A stretch of DNA of 54,169 nucleotides, counting the filler, from Basidiobolus ranarum (lineage: Eukaryota), in NCBI GenBank assembly GCA_040143965.1. It is 2 parts of 2 records of this genome, joined end to end, with 100 filler letters (N's around TTAATTAATTAA, not from the genome) between each part and the next. Parts side by side here need not be neighbours in the genome. Positions count along the whole stretch, not along the records: positions 27,197 to 54,169 come from JASJQH010007002.1; 1 more part is not named here. The stretch is one strand, 5' to 3'. Below are positions 51,470-54,169 of this stretch, in pieces. The notes under the pieces were generated by a model that did not search any database, had not been told where the DNA came from, and saw nothing but the letters and a program-made list of their open reading frames with translations. The position numbers and the translations under genes are program-made. Positions within the stretch are counted from its first letter, which is position 1; each line of letters begins with the position of its first letter.

Positions 51470-53534
51470 GTTGAGTTCTTCAAGATAATAGGAAATGATC
51501 TCTGGTGCTAGAATGGTTAAAAGTAAAGCTACGAGATACGAATCCACAACAAGCTGGTAATCTGAAGTTTTAAGAGGAAAAGAGTACACGAAGTCAAATG
51601 ATAATCCGAAAGAGCACAATCCAATTTATACTCAAAAGCCCCAATCATGGTCACAACCGAGACAGCTTATAAAATTGATTGTAGTGGTAATATCCCTTTC
51701 GTCTGGGAAATCAGACGAGTTTGACCGGAGAAATTTCTAATCTCAATTCATTGCCATGCGTGAACCCGAACCTTTCCAATATCCAAATTTAGTTATTCAT
51801 TGAATTTTACTCTAGCAGATGGCGTCAAAAACTGAAGCTCCCAGTCAAATGCTAGCAGACAATTAAAGAGTTTTCCGGTTTATCAGAGTTATAGTTGACC
51901 AAAAAGAAAGCCACCTATGGAGAGCCTCAAATATTCTGCATTGAAAAGGCTTACTTAGGTGTCACGAGATATCCCTAATCCTCCATAGGCTAGTTCAGGA
52001 TTGGCAGAATGATTCTAACTACTATTTCCTCCGAAAACTGCTTGACCCTAAGCCAAAGCGGTCATTTTAAGGTTCTCAAGCGAGGACAACCAATAGAAAT
52101 GACAGGATATATGGAGTATCTCTAAAATAAGCATCTAGCGGATAGAAGCTGTCATCACACTGCTTGTAAACAATGTAGATGCTACACGAAACTATGACGC
52201 TTCACGTTTGCTCATATTACGAAATGTACAAGACTTGCTTTGTTAGACTGCGATATCCAAGGTAATAGCACTTTCAGGTAATCACAGAGAATAATGTGAT
52301 ATTGATTTTGAATGGGGTTAGGGCAATTAGTGATTTCCCAACACCCCATATCGTCATTAGCCTTCCAGTGTGAAGCCGGTTTTCTTGTCCCTCTTTGAGA
52401 ATCGAAATGGGCATCATTGCGTAAGCGAATGAAATTCCAGTGATGTAAGAGTGAATTTGATCAGTATACAGCTAGTCTGATGCATTCTAGAGCCCAAAAA
52501 TATATATTGAGCATTTAAGCCTGTATACTCATTAAAGGAAGCTATCGACCCAACAACCGGAATATCAAGAAGTGGGCAATCTGTTGCTTAGAGATCAACA
52601 TATCGGAAAAACGCAACCGCTTACGCGAAGATGATTTGATTTGCCCAATATAGCCTGCGATTCTTGGCGACAGCTGTTTATATTTATATCTATCTCCTGG
52701 TCCAAATCATTATTTGCAGATGGATGGATAATCTCTATATCTATTTGCCTGTTTGGCTGGTGATGCGCAATTGGGTGTGAAATCGGTGTTTTGGTTCAAA
52801 CACGCCGCCAAAGACAGCAAATTTTGATGAGATATAGATCTTATACCCTAGGTTCTGATCAATTCGCATCTTTGAATGCCAGAGGATACACCGACCAGAG
52901 TCAGTACGTTAATGTTGACAACAGATAGAACAAGCTTTGCTAAAGTCAATCAGATACTTTTATATTGGTATTTGTGGTACTACCATGAGCATATATATAG
53001 ATTGAAATACAAAGTGTAGAGGACAAGTGATAATTTGCTTGTTTTAATATAGGCCACAATAGTACATCATAAGTCTACATTATAAACGTTGGATATGATG
53101 GTCTGTCTTGAATGGCTCTTACCTACCGCATAGTATGAATGTTAGACAATGTAAACTATGTTGAAGCCTACATATGGATCACCTACGAGTGATAAGTCAG
53201 AATTAAATCAACTGATGGGTTTGTATGCTAAATCGCCAGAGCTTAATAGAATATGTTTGATAGTTTCAGTATCTCCAAGAATACTGCTGCTCTGAGCTAA
53301 TTACTGTGACCATAAGCGATAAGGTCTTGTTCTCTGACTGATACTTTTTTATATATTGGCATTACATCGGCAAACCTTAAGCTTGAATATACATGTGTAT
53401 TACACTCCCAGTGCTGTATTACTTATTTATTATGCAGCTGGTAATTTTGATATGGTCATTGACGTTTACTTTCTTCTGGATAGCGCTGGTTTGCTATGAC
53501 CGATCAGGTAGTTTAGCTTTCCCCTTCTACTTAC

Positions 53535-54169
53535 ATGTCCATTGGACTTGAAACAAAAATCGTTAATCTTAAGAAACACAGATATAAAGAGCTTTTTGCA
53601 AATGATACAGTGATCTTTGACCAATCATAAATTAGAAATACACGATTTATATATAACACAAAAAATCCATCAATTGTCTTTACAGAAAACCGAATTTTTA
53701 GAGAAAGAATCCATGATATTTCAAAAGGGTCTGGAATAGAAAGAAAGAGATAGAAGAAGAAAAAGGTAAACTTTTTAAGGTTTGCTCTGTATATATAGTG
53801 TACGGTTTATTTAATATACATACTATCGTGTTTAGTTGTAGTCAGACGCAAGTATTGTAGTAAACCTAAGCATCACACAAAGAGAAGTAGTCAATGTGAG
53901 CATTTTGAATCAACATCGACTTCTGGTAAGTATAGACATTTTGCGTACATAGAGTAGCCTCTGACAACAGCTCGAATGCGATATATGTGTGTAGTTGGCA
54001 CAAAGCACAACAAAAGTACTGTGTATGAAAAGAACGAAGCAAAAAAACAAAAGACTAGCGCAAAGAGGTACACTGAGCCAGAAGAAAGTAGTCCTGTATG
54101 TTTGAGCTGTCATCAAGAAGGCCATAAGAGCTCAAGATCAAAGGACTGCCCAAATCACAAGATGACTAA
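53535..54169 (+). pseudogene. Partial, probably decayed, spliced zinc-knuckle gene of likely transposon origin; runs off the window edge
   Basis: GT-AG introns at 53766-53835 and 53926-53994 flank in-frame exons encoding RKYCSKPKHHTKRSSQC and CLSCHQEGHKSSRSKDCPNHKMT. The putative upstream exons contain stops, so the 5' boundary is uncertain. Confidence 0.55.

Overview
Eukaryotic, AT-rich DNA with many short (about 60-150 nt) GT-AG introns. The gene content points to an early-diverging fungus (Zoopagomycota/Mucoromycota-like; Basidiobolus is only a guess). A 100-nt N/TTAATTAATTAA spacer at 27097-27196 joins two contigs. Left part: truncated tRNA-Glu, HPM1/METTL18 methyltransferase, three intronless UNC93/NOPE1/Ngt1-like MFS transporters plus a pseudogene, two O-fucosyltransferase-like genes, CCDC47, THOC7, COQ10, an orphan single-pass membrane protein, ZMAT5 (U11/U12-20K; four exons, missed by the ORF track), a C2H2 transcription factor, ICT1-like peptidyl-tRNA hydrolase and a SANT+MPN (MYSM1-like) gene cut by the gap. 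Right part: fragments of a dispersed repeat with TGTTG ends, UBC8, a Dnf1-like P4-ATPase, a PH-domain protein, LIN1/CD2BP2, two paralogous putative mitochondrial microproteins and an alpha-arrestin. At the far right edge is a decayed spliced gene with CX2CX4HX7C knuckles, which resembles the N-terminus of fungal transposon (possibly Fanzor or Helitron) proteins. All calls come from manual translation and motif recall; no database search was run.
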